Assembly: GCA_020344755.1 (NCBI GenBank)
Contig: CP070829.1
Coordinates: 472,973-536,972, forward strand
Direction: 5' to 3'
Length of the DNA stretch: 64,000 nucleotides
Source of the DNA: Gemmatimonadales bacterium
GTDB lineage: Bacteria > Gemmatimonadota > Gemmatimonadetes > Longimicrobiales > Gaopeijiaceae
The translations under genes and the position numbers were made by a program. Below the pieces are notes generated by a model, which was given only the letters and a program-made list of their open reading frames with translations, was not told the origin of the DNA and did no database searches. Shown here in pieces: positions 44,006 to 54,131 of the stretch (its first letter is position 1; every line of letters begins with the position of its first letter).

Positions 44006-47000
44006 TCAGGCCGGAGCCTCCAGAGGCTCGCCCAGGCCCGGGCGGAGGGTCACTTCGACGCGCTGGATCGCACCGGTGCGGCGGAAGAGTTCGGCGCTCG
44101 CCTCCCGGTCCAGCGTCAGCCCGTCCAGGCTCCGGGAAGAGCCGTCGGCGAGGTGCAGGGTCAGTCCCTCCTCCTCCGCCATGCGATACACCACCGGGAC
44201 CTGGCAATACGTGAACGCCAGTGAATGCGGCTCCAGCGCCACCGAGGCCTCGGCCCCGTCGACGTCGTAGTAGCGGAAGGTCTCCGGCGTCTCCAGGAAC
44301 TCGCTCCGACGAAGGAGCAGAGGATCGAATCGTACCCGCCCCTCGGAGACCCACAGGCCCAGCTCGCCGAGTCGTGTGATGACCTCTTCCTTGACCTGCC
44401 CGGTCATCCCCGGCTGTTTGGCGCCGGCATTCGCCGGCGTGTGGGAGTAGGGATCGGTGGGGAAGGCACCGAAGACCTCAGGCGCCTTGTTGAAGCCCAG
44501 ACCCGCTCGCACGTCGTAATACCGCGCCGCCAGCGCCTGGAAGGCGTCCGGGTCTTCGCTGGCCGCCCGCGCCGCGACCTCCTGCACCGCCAGCAGGAGC
44601 TTGCTCACCATGTGCCAGTAGATGGACCCGAGCCCCTCGTATCCATAGAAGGTCCCCGACCGGCCGGTGAAGCGCGCATGGTCGAAGACGGACTCGAAGA
44701 TCTCCCCGATGAGCTCCGACTCCCTGGCCACCAGCTCCGGGGCCCACTCAGCCCGGAGGGCATCCAGGGCCCGCCGAACGTCTCCTGCGTTCTGGAAGGC
44801 GGGGTTGAAGTGGACGACTCCATCGATGTCGCGCTCCACCACGGTGGTGTCACCGTCGGCGAGCAGCTTGATGAGGAGCTCCGAGCCCGCCACCCGGGTC
44901 TCGGGGATGATGTTCTTCTCGAGGAAACCGGGGAGCTCCCGGTCCGGATAGAGCATGTACGAGTGCTGGTCCGCCCGGTACATCTCGCTGCGGCGGAGCG
45001 CGTCGAGGAGTGAGACGGCCTCACGGGGCTCCAGGGCGCCGGAGCTCAGGGCGGCCACCTGGCCCTCCAGCATGGGGTACAGGGGCTTCACGGCAATGCC
45101 GTCGTCGGCGATGTCGAGGATGTTGTAGGCGTGGTAGAGGCCGTCCTCCCGCCGGTTCGACTCGATGGAGTGGTCCAGGAAGCGGAGCGTGGACCGGAGG
45201 AAGTCGCGCAACGTCTCCGCCCCCACGGCCCGCACCTCGCCGCCGAGCCCACGGGTGTACAGCCCGGCGCGGTAGTCGCCGGCAGCGTTTCCGAGGGTGT
45301 CCAGGACGGTCTTTCGGGTCGAGTCGGTGATCCTCGAAGCGTCCAGTAGACCGTCGTGGTCCAGCAGGGCGCACTGGCTCCGCTCCAGCCACACCGCCAC
45401 CTCGTCGTGCATCTCCACGGCTCCGTCCCCCAGGGCCTCGAAGAGATCCAGGCAGAAGGCCACGTACCGACGGGCGTAGTAGACCGTCACCATGGAGGCG
45501 CCGTAGCCCGCCAGGGCGTTGTTGGCGTCGTTCCACTCGGGACGCTGGGTGTTCAGCCAGAATCCCGCCCCCGGCGCGAAGCTGCCGAGCTTGGCCAGGA
45601 GGGGGACCAGGAGCTTCTCCGTGAGGTTCGCCCCGTGGAGATCCCCCTCCTCGCCGGCCAGGTACCGACCGTCGAAGCCGATGGCCTCCACCCGCTCCTC
45701 GATCCGGACCTCACGCGCCCGGTTGTATTCGATGGCGTGGCGGGGGTCGGCCAGCAACTCCTCGTACGGCCGGAGGTCGTACGGGACGTCGGCGTAGACG
45801 AAGCGGGGCGCTCGGAGCAGGCGCTCGAGCCGACCCGGGTGATGCGCACGGGACCACTCCAGGAGCTTGAGGAGATAGATGAGCTGGTGGTCCCCCCAGT
45901 ACCCGAGGTTGGCCCACGGCTCGTCCGGAGACGGGCGCTCCCAGTCGTAGCCCTCCCGGTGGACGCGGTACGGATTGTATCCATCCGCGGTGGAGGTGTT
46001 CAGGAACTTCCCGATGACGCCGTCCAGGTACTGGGGGAAAGACAGGCAGAGGGCCTCCCAGTTCTGGAAGATGTCCCGCCAGTTTCCCTGGTAGCCGAGC
46101 CGCCGGGACCCGTCCCGGTCCCGCAGCTCGATGGAGAACCGGTTCCAGGGCCGGCTCGGATCGCCGTGTCGGCGACTGAAGGAGAGGGGAAGGTACTCCG
46201 TCACGAGGCGCAGGAGCGCCGGGTCTCCCACTCCCTCCGCGGCCTCCAGGGCAAGCCCCAGCTCGACCTTCTCCCCCAGTGCGGCGAAGAAGGCGGCGTG
46301 CTCCTTCCACACCACGCGGTTGAAAGACCGGACGTGGGCCTCCAGATCGGCGACATCGATGTCATAGACGGACTCGAACGTGCCACCCCTCATGACGTTG
46401 AAGAGGACGTTGGCGAAGTGATGGACGGACCCCAGGTGGTCCCCGGTCCTCTGCAGACCGTCCGCACCACCGACGATCTTCGCCAGGCGCACGGTGCTCG
46501 CCGCCACGTCGTCCAGCACGGCGGACCGTCGCACCTCCTCGTCCACCACGGTCCGGCGGAGTCGCGCGATCTCCGAAGGGCCGTACCCCAGGTCGGTGAC
46601 CAACAGCCAGTCGCGACTCCCGCCCGCCCGGAGATCCACCTGGGCGCGCACGAAGTACGCACCCCTTCGCCCGCATACCCGGGTCTCCCCGCGCACCTCG
46701 CCACCCCTCCGGAACGTGTCGACCTGCCGGGACGAGAGCAGCCGCGCAGCCGCGGAGGGCAAGGTCGACCAGCAGACCGTGGCCCGCAGGGACTCGGCGG
46801 GCTCCGTGCTGTCGCCGGGAACGGAGCTCAGCGCGAACGTCGCCAGTCCCGTCGCCCCGTCCAACTCGTTCTGCTTGTGCGCGTCACCCAGCACGCTGAA
46901 CAGGCGTTGAAAGCCGTCGGCGATCCCCCACGGGAGCAGGTTCTGGATCCCGTCCAGCACCTCCACCGACACGGCCGCCTCACCCCGGTTCTCGAGCTCC

Positions 47001-47488
47001 GCACGCCGAACGAACCCGAAGCGCTCCGACGGGGACCAGCGGTACCGGAAGGCGAGGGCCAGGTCGTGGTTCACCTCCTCGAACACCAGGGTGTTGCCGT
47101 ACACGTTCTTGTAGAGGTGCCGCGAGACGCGGTAGAGCCCCTCGTAGCGCCGGCTGAACGGCTCCCAGAGGAGCCGCCGACCCTGCTCTACGACCCTCAG
47201 GATGGTCTTCGGGCCCGTGTGATCGGCGGAGTCGTGGATCCGGTCCACCGTTTCGTAGGGGAAGAGCGCGTGGTCCGCATTCCGTCGCCCGGCGGTGAGC
47301 CCCCCGTTGCTCGAGATGAACATCCAGTGATCGGACGCGCTCACCACGCTCATGAAGAAGGGGTCCATCCGATCGTAGTTGGCGATCCGATAGAAGGGCT
47401 CCCCCCCCAGGGTCACGAAGTCGCCGTGGACCTCGCCCTCCGCTTCGCTCATCCGCAGGGCTTGGACGTACATGGCGTCAGAACTCAT
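44006..47488 (-). CDS. Large GH94-superfamily protein, likely GH149 beta-1,3-glucan phosphorylase
   Basis: PFFMSVVSASDHWMFISSNGGLTAGR, YQGNWRDIFQNWEAL, PEWNDANNAL, YEGLGSIYWHMVSKL, PTDPYSHTP, QPGMTGQVKEE. Start may be 47506. Confidence 0.72.
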   Translation of the reverse strand: MSSDAMYVQALRMSEAEGEVHGDFVTLGGEPFYRIANYDRMDPFFMSVVSASDHWMFISSNGGLTAGRRNADHALFPYETVDRIHDSADHTGPKTILRVVEQGRRLLWEPFSRRYEGLYRVSRHLYKNVYGNTLVFEEVNHDLALAFRYRWSPSERFGFVRRAELENRGEAAVSVEVLDGIQNLLPWGIADGFQRLFSVLGDAHKQNELDGATGLATFALSSVPGDSTEPAESLRATVCWSTLPSAAARLLSSRQVDTFRRGGEVRGETRVCGRRGAYFVRAQVDLRAGGSRDWLLVTDLGYGPSEIARLRRTVVDEEVRRSAVLDDVAASTVRLAKIVGGADGLQRTGDHLGSVHHFANVLFNVMRGGTFESVYDIDVADLEAHVRSFNRVVWKEHAAFFAALGEKVELGLALEAAEGVGDPALLRLVTEYLPLSFSRRHGDPSRPWNRFSIELRDRDGSRRLGYQGNWRDIFQNWEALCLSFPQYLDGVIGKFLNTSTADGYNPYRVHREGYDWERPSPDEPWANLGYWGDHQLIYLLKLLEWSRAHHPGRLERLLRAPRFVYADVPYDLRPYEELLADPRHAIEYNRAREVRIEERVEAIGFDGRYLAGEEGDLHGANLTEKLLVPLLAKLGSFAPGAGFWLNTQRPEWNDANNALAGYGASMVTVYYARRYVAFCLDLFEALGDGAVEMHDEVAVWLERSQCALLDHDGLLDASRITDSTRKTVLDTLGNAAGDYRAGLYTRGLGGEVRAVGAETLRDFLRSTLRFLDHSIESNRREDGLYHAYNILDIADDGIAVKPLYPMLEGQVAALSSGALEPREAVSLLDALRRSEMYRADQHSYMLYPDRELPGFLEKNIIPETRVAGSELLIKLLADGDTTVVERDIDGVVHFNPAFQNAGDVRRALDALRAEWAPELVARESELIGEIFESVFDHARFTGRSGTFYGYEGLGSIYWHMVSKLLLAVQEVAARAASEDPDAFQALAARYYDVRAGLGFNKAPEVFGAFPTDPYSHTPANAGAKQPGMTGQVKEEVITRLGELGLWVSEGRVRFDPLLLRRSEFLETPETFRYYDVDGAEASVALEPHSLAFTYCQVPVVYRMAEEEGLTLHLADGSSRSLDGLTLDREASAELFRRTGAIQRVEVTLRPGLGEPLEAPA

Positions 47489-47933
47489 CAGCTTCCGATT
47501 CTCCATCGGGTGTGCGGGCGCTTCAAAGGCATTTCGGGCCGGACCCTGCGTGAATCCGCCGGGGCTCGCAAGGGGGAGGCGCCGCTGTCGCTCCGGAGTG
47601 CCACGCCCAGGGGGCGAGGCGAAGCGCAGGTCGACCCTGGAAACCCCTCTGGCGGCCGACCTCTGATCCTGCCTGCGGCCGGCCATCGAGGGACGCTTCC
47701 GCATCGAGCGCACCATCGGCGAGGAAGGGATCGACAGGGTCTGCCCGGAGCACGACGTGAGGCCCGAGCTGCCGGGAAACGGACACCATCGGCGTACGGT
47801 CTTGCAGAGGTCCGTATCGGAATATTGAAGATTCCTTTACTTGCGGCACAGGCACTACCCCGCCCATAACAGTCGTCGGCCTGCCCGCCACAACCGTCGC
47901 GCAGCCGACGTTCCCCCTCCAATGGAGCCTGAC

Positions 47934-48320
47934 ATGTCCGAACGCATGAAGCCGATCCTCGGTGGTATGGTCACGGGGATCATCGTGAACTATCTGGGTG
48001 TCTACTACTTCTACGGTCCCATTGCCGAGTCGGCCGGGCCAGGGACCATGGAGCTCCCGAGGGGCGTCGCTCTGGTCATTGCCACGGTCTTCTTCGTCCT
48101 CTTCTTCGACTGGGCGAACCAGCAGATCCGGAATCCCATCAAGACCGGTCTCATCGTGGCGGTCTCTCAGATCCTGCTGGTGGACGTCTACTACTACCTG
48201 AGTGGCCAGCGGCCCCTTTCGCAGGCGGCGGCCAGCGTGGTGGTCCTGTTGGTGAGTTGGCTTGCGGTGGGGGCAGTGTACGGGAAGCTGATGGGTGCCG
48301 GCTCGCAGGGCGGGGACTGA
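47934..48320 (+). CDS. Hypothetical four-TM membrane protein
   Basis: GGAG RBS; four hydrophobic segments. Confidence 0.72.
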   Translation: MSERMKPILGGMVTGIIVNYLGVYYFYGPIAESAGPGTMELPRGVALVIATVFFVLFFDWANQQIRNPIKTGLIVAVSQILLVDVYYYLSGQRPLSQAAASVVVLLVSWLAVGAVYGKLMGAGSQGGD

Positions 48321-48408
48321 GGGCAGTCCGTCTCGCGAAACCCGGGATTCCCAACTTCGGGCAGGCCGGTCTGTAAGCCGGAATCGTCCGGGAAGTCGTA
48401 GAACCGCT

Positions 48409-48440
48409 GACGGGGGAGGCGTGAAATCGCCTCCCCCGTC
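48409..48440. terminator. Hairpin between convergent genes, probable bidirectional terminator
   Basis: Perfect 13-bp stem GACGGGGGAGGCG / CGCCTCCCCCGTC, 6-nt loop; no clear U-tract. Confidence 0.6.
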
Positions 48441-48538
48441 GTGCATCCGGCTCCGGTCCGCTCAGGCGCCCACCGCTCCGGACCCTGGTGGACCAGGAAG
48501 GGTGATCTCGTACTCGGGCCCCGGCGAGCGCAGCCCTT

Positions 48539-50374
48539 CTAGAAGGCCGCCTCGGCCACCTCCATGAGCTCTGTGGTGCTCCCTTCCACCACCACTCGGG
48601 CCAGCGTCACCTCGGGCAGCACTTCGCGGGCGTAGAAACGTGCCGCCGCGACCTTCCCATCGTAGAAGACTTCTTCTTCCTCCGGCATCCCGCCGGCGGC
48701 GAGCCGCTCCAGCGCCACCGCGGCGTTGTGGATGAGGCGCCACCCCACGACCACCTTGCCCAGTGCGTAAAGGACGCGGTTTCCGTGGAGGCCCGTGTGG
48801 TAGACGGACTCGGCGTTCCGAGCCATGAGAGCGGCGAAGGTCCGCTGGAGCTCACCCAGCGCCCGGCCCAATCGCTCCCTGGGCTCGGCGAGCCGGTCGC
48901 CGCCGGGTCCTTCGGCCCCCCGGCCCGCTTCGGCGGCGATCTGCCCGCCCAGGCCGGTCAGGGTGGCACCCCCGTCCCGAGCCACCTTCCGGAAGACCAG
49001 GTCCAGGGCCTGCATGTGGGTGGTGCCCTCGTAGAGGGAGTCGATCTTCTGATCCCGGACGTACTGCTCCATGGGGTAGTCCTGCACGAAGCCCGACCCC
49101 CCCAGGACCTGGATGCTCAGGGCGAGCTGCTCGTACACCACCTCCGACGCGAAGCCCTTCACCACGGGAAGGAGAAGGTCGTTCAGCCGGTCCAACTCCG
49201 CGGCGGCCGGTGCGGCGTGTCCCCCCTTCAGCTCCACCTGGTCCTGTACGTGGCTCGCGTAGTAGCAGAGAGCCCGGAGCCCCTCCGCATGGCTCTTCTG
49301 GAGCATGAGCATGCGCCGCACATCCGGGTGCTCGATGATGCGGACCCGGGGAGACGTCTTGTCCGCCCACTTCGCCAGGTCCGGCCCCTGGATCCGCTCC
49401 TTGGCGTACTCCAGGGCGTTCAGGTATGCGGTGGAAAGCGTGGACATGCTCTTGAAGCCGATGGACATGCGGGCCTGCTCGATGAGCGCGAACATCTGCC
49501 GGATCCCGTCGTGCTCGTCTCCCATGAGGAAACCGCGCGCGGGCTTCTCCTCGCCGAAGTTCATCACGCAGGTCGCGCTCCCCTTGATCCCCATCTTCTT
49601 CTCGATGGAACCGCAGACGACGCCGTTGCGCTCCCCCAGGCTCCCGTCCTCGTTCACCCAGAACTTCGGCACGATGAACAGGGACAGTCCCTTGGTCCCG
49701 GGTCCGGCGCCCTCCGGCCGGGCCAGGACCAGGTGGACGATGTTGTCCGGGTAGTCGTAGTCGCCGTTGGTGATCCAGATCTTGGTGCCCTCGATGGCCC
49801 AGGTACCGTCTCCCAGGTCCCGGGCACTCGCCGTGGCTTCCCCCACGTCCGAGCCTGCCTGCGGCTCGGAGAGTTGCATGGTCCCACCCCAGCCGCCCTC
49901 CAGCATCGCCGGGACGAATCGGGCGCGCTGCTCGTCCGTCCCCAGCAGGTCGATGACCCGGGCGATGAAGGTGCCGAACATGTAGAACATGGCCATGGGG
50001 GAGGCGCCGGCCATCATCTCGAAGGCCGCCCATCCCACGCTCGGAGGCATCCCCACCCCACCCCACTCGTCCGCGGCCTCCAGGTACTGCCATCCACCCT
50101 CGTAGATCCGGTCGAGCATCTCGTGCACCTCGGGCTGGAGATACACGTTGCCCTCGTCATCCAGCCTCAGGGGAACCCGGTCGGAGGGCTCGAAGGCCTT
50201 GGCGATCTCCTGGGTCGCCAGTTGCTCGATGGCGGCGAGGGCATCCCGGGCCGTCTCTTCGTCCAGGTGCGCGAACCGGCCCTGGCCCAGGACGCCGGTG
50301 CCCACGCCGTTCACTTCGAAGAGGTTGAAGAAGATGTCCCGGAGATTGCTCTTGTAGTGCAGGGAGTTGGACAC
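48539..50374 (-). CDS. Acyl-CoA dehydrogenase
   Basis: GTMQLSEPQAGSDVG, IEGTKIWIT, GLSLFIVPK, EKKMGIKGSATC, LGGSGFVQDYPMEQYVRDQKIDSLYEGT. Confidence 0.94.
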   Translation of the reverse strand: MSNSLHYKSNLRDIFFNLFEVNGVGTGVLGQGRFAHLDEETARDALAAIEQLATQEIAKAFEPSDRVPLRLDDEGNVYLQPEVHEMLDRIYEGGWQYLEAADEWGGVGMPPSVGWAAFEMMAGASPMAMFYMFGTFIARVIDLLGTDEQRARFVPAMLEGGWGGTMQLSEPQAGSDVGEATASARDLGDGTWAIEGTKIWITNGDYDYPDNIVHLVLARPEGAGPGTKGLSLFIVPKFWVNEDGSLGERNGVVCGSIEKKMGIKGSATCVMNFGEEKPARGFLMGDEHDGIRQMFALIEQARMSIGFKSMSTLSTAYLNALEYAKERIQGPDLAKWADKTSPRVRIIEHPDVRRMLMLQKSHAEGLRALCYYASHVQDQVELKGGHAAPAAAELDRLNDLLLPVVKGFASEVVYEQLALSIQVLGGSGFVQDYPMEQYVRDQKIDSLYEGTTHMQALDLVFRKVARDGGATLTGLGGQIAAEAGRGAEGPGGDRLAEPRERLGRALGELQRTFAALMARNAESVYHTGLHGNRVLYALGKVVVGWRLIHNAAVALERLAAGGMPEEEEVFYDGKVAAARFYAREVLPEVTLARVVVEGSTTELMEVAEAAF

Positions 50375-50532
50375 GGGAAGCGGGGGTTCGGGTACGTAGG
50401 GGATTGCTGAAACCTAAAACCTGTGAGCCCGCTTCCGGCAGGACCGGGAACGGCCCGTGCCCGCGACGGCAGGCGAGGCCACGGGGCGCCGGTCCGATTG
50501 CGCCGGCTCTGGGGAGGGGATAGGGTCTCCCC

Positions 50533-51279
50533 ATGTCCCTGGACCCCGTGAAGCAGACGTACGAGAAGCTCGGTCGAGACGACCCGCTCTATGCGGTCTT
50601 GTCCCGCAAGGGCCTGGAAGACAACAAGTGGGATCCCGAGGAATTCTTCGAGACGGGAAGGCGCGAGATCGAGGCCGTCCTGGGCTACGTCGATCAGGTG
50701 GGGCTTCCCCTCCATCGGGGGCGTGCCCTGGACTTCGGGTGCGCGGTGGGGCGGCTGAGCCAGGCCCTGGCGGAGCACTTCGAGCGGGTCGCGGGCGTCG
50801 ATATCTCGGCATCGATGGTCGAGCGGGCCCGTGACTTCAATCGGCACGGGAGCCGGGTCGAGTACTTCGTCAATACGGTCCCGAACCTCCGGATTCTCGA
50901 CAGCGAGTCGTTCGACTTCGTCTATTCCAACATCACCCTCCAACACATCCCGCCGGACGCCGCGGCCGAGTACATCCGGGAGTTCTTCCGGGTCCTGCGG
51001 CCCGGTGGGATCGCTGTCTTCCAGGTGCCGAACGGCCCGCCGTTGAAGCCGGGTTCCCTGCGAGCCCGGCTCTATATGCTCCGGCGCCGTCATCTTCGTC
51101 GGCTCTGGAAGAGGGTTCGGGGGAAGCCGCCGGTCGAGATCCACTACATCGCGGTCGAGCACGTCCGAGCCCTGATCCGGGAAAGTGGCGCACGCCTGGT
51201 GGATGAGGTGGGCCTCGGACGACGCCGGCGTCAGAGCAACCTCCGCTACTGTGCCGTGAAGGAGGCACCCTCGGAGTAG
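50533..51279 (+). CDS. Class I SAM-dependent methyltransferase
   Basis: ALDFGCAVGRL, GVDISASM, FDFVYSNITLQH, RVLRPGG. Confidence 0.9.
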   Translation: MSLDPVKQTYEKLGRDDPLYAVLSRKGLEDNKWDPEEFFETGRREIEAVLGYVDQVGLPLHRGRALDFGCAVGRLSQALAEHFERVAGVDISASMVERARDFNRHGSRVEYFVNTVPNLRILDSESFDFVYSNITLQHIPPDAAAEYIREFFRVLRPGGIAVFQVPNGPPLKPGSLRARLYMLRRRHLRRLWKRVRGKPPVEIHYIAVEHVRALIRESGARLVDEVGLGRRRRQSNLRYCAVKEAPSE

Positions 51280-51335
51280 ACCCGGAGCCGCAGCCAGCCG
51301 AGGCCTCCCGGTTAGGGGAAGTGCCGACTGGGATA

Positions 51336-53045
51336 CTACCGAGCGGCGTAGACCGACTGCCCCTCCTTGATCGTCTCCAGGACCACGATGTCGCCGATGG
51401 TCGTGGGGTCCACGGTCAGAGGGTTGGCCGAAAGCACGACGAGATCCGCGAGCTTGCCGACCTCGATCGATCCCTTTCGATCCTCCTCGAAGTGCTGGTA
51501 CGCGCCCCACAGCGTGATGGCCTTCAGCGCCTCGGCGGGCGTGAGGCGCTCCCCGGCTCCCATGACCTGGCCACTGCGCGAGGTCCGGTTGACCGTCGCC
51601 GCCATGACACGCATCAGGTTCGGCAGTGCGACCGGAGCATCCGAGTGGCTGGTCACCCGCAGTCCTCGATCCAGTGCGGACCTCATCGGAGAGATCCGCT
51701 GGGCCTGATCGGGACCGACGATCTCGTCGTACCAGTCGCCCCAGTAGAAGGTGTGCATGGGAAAGAGCGACGGCATGATCTGCAGGGCTGCGAGTGAGTC
51801 CAGCTGATCCTGCCGAATGAACTGGCCGTGGATCAACACGTGTCTCCGATCCCCTGGGCCGTGCTCCCCGTGGACACCCCCGACGGCTCGGATCAGCTGA
51901 TCGATGGCGGCGTCCCCGTTGGCATGGGTGAGGACCTGCCACCCCTGCTGGTAGGCCTCCTCGAAGAGCGAGGCGACGAAGGCATCGTCGGGAATCGCCG
52001 CATACCCTCGGTAACCCGGTGCCTGTCCGTCAGGGGGGAGGAGATACGGCTCGGTTCGCCAGGCCGTCCTCCCCTGTGGAGAGCCATCCAGCGTCACCTT
52101 CATGCCGCCCACCCGATAGCGGTCTCGGTAATCGCGGGTGTGCCACTCGTCCGTGAGAACCTCACGGCTGGCGTAGTCGATGTACGACACCACATCGACG
52201 TCGAAGAGTCCTGCCTCGGCGGCCCCAGCCAGGGCCTGGTGGACGTCAGCGCTGGCTCGGCCTTCTTGAATGGTCGTGTGCCCGAAGCTCTTGGCGGTCT
52301 CCAGGGCACGCCGCAGAAAGTAGACCTGGTCCTCGGGATCCCCGGGATTCAGGACCTGGAACAGGGTCGGCAACCCTGCCAGCTCCTCGAGCACACCGTT
52401 GGGCTCACGGCTTCCGGGACGACGGCGGATGACGCCCCCCTCGGGATCGTCTGATTCGGCGGAGTACCCGATGGCCTCCAGGCCCAGGCTGTTGACGGCG
52501 ATGATGTGCCCCGAGATGTGCACCGCCATGACCGGAATCTCGGTGGACACCCGATCGAGGTCGTCTCGGGTGGGATGGCGACGTTCGGCGAGAACCGCCT
52601 CGTCGTATCCCATGCCGAAGATCCAGCCGGTGCGAGCCACGTCCCCCCCTGCGGCGAATTCCCGCAGAGCCTGGACGACGTCTTCGATGGTATCGGCCCC
52701 GCCGTCCGGGGAGGCCAGGAGGTTGGCGCCCACCGCCTGCGGCCCCAGGCCACCCAGGTGGATGTGGCCGTCGATGAACCCGGGAACGAGGGTGTTGCCG
52801 GAGAGGTCGGCCAGCGTCGTCGACTCGCCGCGGAACTCGAGCACCTCGGCCTCGGTTCCCACGGCCACGATGCGGCCGTCCCTCACTGCCACGGCCTCGG
52901 CGGACGGCCGGTCGTCATCCATGGTGACGACCTCACCGTTCAGGTAGATCGTATCCGCGGGATCAGGAGCCGCACAGCCGACAATCATCAGGCTGGTCGC
53001 CATTCCCGCGGCGGCAATTCGAAGCCGCACGTGTCTCATCTTCAT
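51336..53045 (-). CDS. Amidohydrolase family 3 (YtcJ-like) lipoprotein
   Basis: Lipobox IVG-C; PGFIDGHIH, HISGH, DGSPQGRTA, HANGDAAID, SHSDAPV, GSIEVGKLADLVVL. Confidence 0.9.
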   Translation of the reverse strand: MKMRHVRLRIAAAGMATSLMIVGCAAPDPADTIYLNGEVVTMDDDRPSAEAVAVRDGRIVAVGTEAEVLEFRGESTTLADLSGNTLVPGFIDGHIHLGGLGPQAVGANLLASPDGGADTIEDVVQALREFAAGGDVARTGWIFGMGYDEAVLAERRHPTRDDLDRVSTEIPVMAVHISGHIIAVNSLGLEAIGYSAESDDPEGGVIRRRPGSREPNGVLEELAGLPTLFQVLNPGDPEDQVYFLRRALETAKSFGHTTIQEGRASADVHQALAGAAEAGLFDVDVVSYIDYASREVLTDEWHTRDYRDRYRVGGMKVTLDGSPQGRTAWRTEPYLLPPDGQAPGYRGYAAIPDDAFVASLFEEAYQQGWQVLTHANGDAAIDQLIRAVGGVHGEHGPGDRRHVLIHGQFIRQDQLDSLAALQIMPSLFPMHTFYWGDWYDEIVGPDQAQRISPMRSALDRGLRVTSHSDAPVALPNLMRVMAATVNRTSRSGQVMGAGERLTPAEALKAITLWGAYQHFEEDRKGSIEVGKLADLVVLSANPLTVDPTTIGDIVVLETIKEGQSVYAAR

Positions 53046-53058
53046 TGGCTCACTCGAT

Positions 53059-53134
53059 GCTCGGGTGTTCGCCCGCGTCTCGGGCGATGGTCTCGGGCCG
53101 TCGTCTCGGGTGTTCGCTCATGTCTCGGGCGGTC
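53059..53134. repeat. Array of five CTCGGG-core direct repeats
   Basis: CTCGGG at 53060, 53079, 53092, 53105 and 53124; CTCGGGTGTTCGC is duplicated exactly. Confidence 0.65.
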
Positions 53135-53633
53135 GCTCGCGTGCGAGGACGCGCGACCTCTGGGCTGCAGCGTGCTCCACCGGATCGACAACCCGATCTC
53201 GTCCGATGGTCGGCCTGGACCCGACTGCGATCGCCTCCCACGCCGCTCGGAAGAGGGTACCATATACCCCCGCCGTTGCCCGATCGCCACGCCGGCTCGT
53301 TGGGCTACCGCACGAGTCCCGAGCCCGGCGGCCTGGTGGTCAACGCCGAATCCCGGACATTCGGCGACCCGAGGCCGCCCCGGTGCGCCCGTGTCCAAGA
53401 GGGTTTCCTTCCGGGTCGCTCGAGCGTCGGAACCTCGATTGCCCGACGAGACAGCTCGCCGGACCCGGGGGGCAGAGGAGGGCCCGATTCCGGCGCTCCG
53501 ATTGACCACCGGGGCTTCGGAGTGCCATATGAGTCATTCGGCGCGCTTCCCGAGGCGCGCGCCGACGGGGCGGGAGACGTCTCTCGGACCGGCTCCCTTC
53601 CCGGCCCGCTCATCCTGCTGAGGGAACGCCGCC

Positions 53634-54131
53634 ATGCCGACCACCTTCACGCTGAACGGTTCCCCGATCACCGTCGACGCGCCCCCCGAAATGCCGTTGC
53701 TTTGGGTCCTCCGCGACATGCTGGACCTCAAGGGGACGAAGTTCGGGTGCGGCATCTCCCAGTGCGGGGCGTGCACGGTCCACGTGAACGGCCAAGCGGC
53801 CCGGAGCTGCCGGGTCCGCCTGGAGACGGTGGAAGGAGACGACGTGCGAACCATCGAAGGGCTTTCTCCCGATGGCCAACACCCCCTGCAGGTAGCGTGG
53901 CGGGAGGTCGACGTCCCCCAGTGTGGCTATTGCCAGGCCGGACAGCTCATGGCGGCGGCGGCGCTCCTGGAGCGGAATCCCAATCCCTCGGACGACGACA
54001 TCGACGCAGCCATGGAGCGAAATCTCTGCAGGTGCGGAACCTACATCCGCATCCGTGAGGGGATTCACCGAGCAGCCCGACAGTTGGCCGACACGGCCGG
54101 GAACGAATCCGGATCCCAGGAGGCGAAATGA
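53634..54131 (+). CDS. iorA: (2Fe-2S)-binding small subunit of an isoquinoline 1-oxidoreductase-like molybdoenzyme
   Basis: [36 protein letters not shown]. Confidence 0.9.
   Translation: MPTTFTLNGSPITVDAPPEMPLLWVLRDMLDLKGTKFGCGISQCGACTVHVNGQAARSCRVRLETVEGDDVRTIEGLSPDGQHPLQVAWREVDVPQCGYCQAGQLMAAAALLERNPNPSDDDIDAAMERNLCRCGTYIRIREGIHRAARQLADTAGNESGSQEAK

Noticed and set aside
47819-47835. AT-rich inverted repeat GGAAT-N7-ATTCC in the divergent region upstream of the GH149-like gene
   Set aside because: Only 5-bp arms and no match to the 41-128 operator consensus; may be part of a promoter but cannot be supported.
47912-47936. Similar leader (CC..CAATGGAG....GACATG) before the genes at 198 and 47934
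   Set aside because: Mostly explained by a shared Shine-Dalgarno plus start context; too short to call a shared element.
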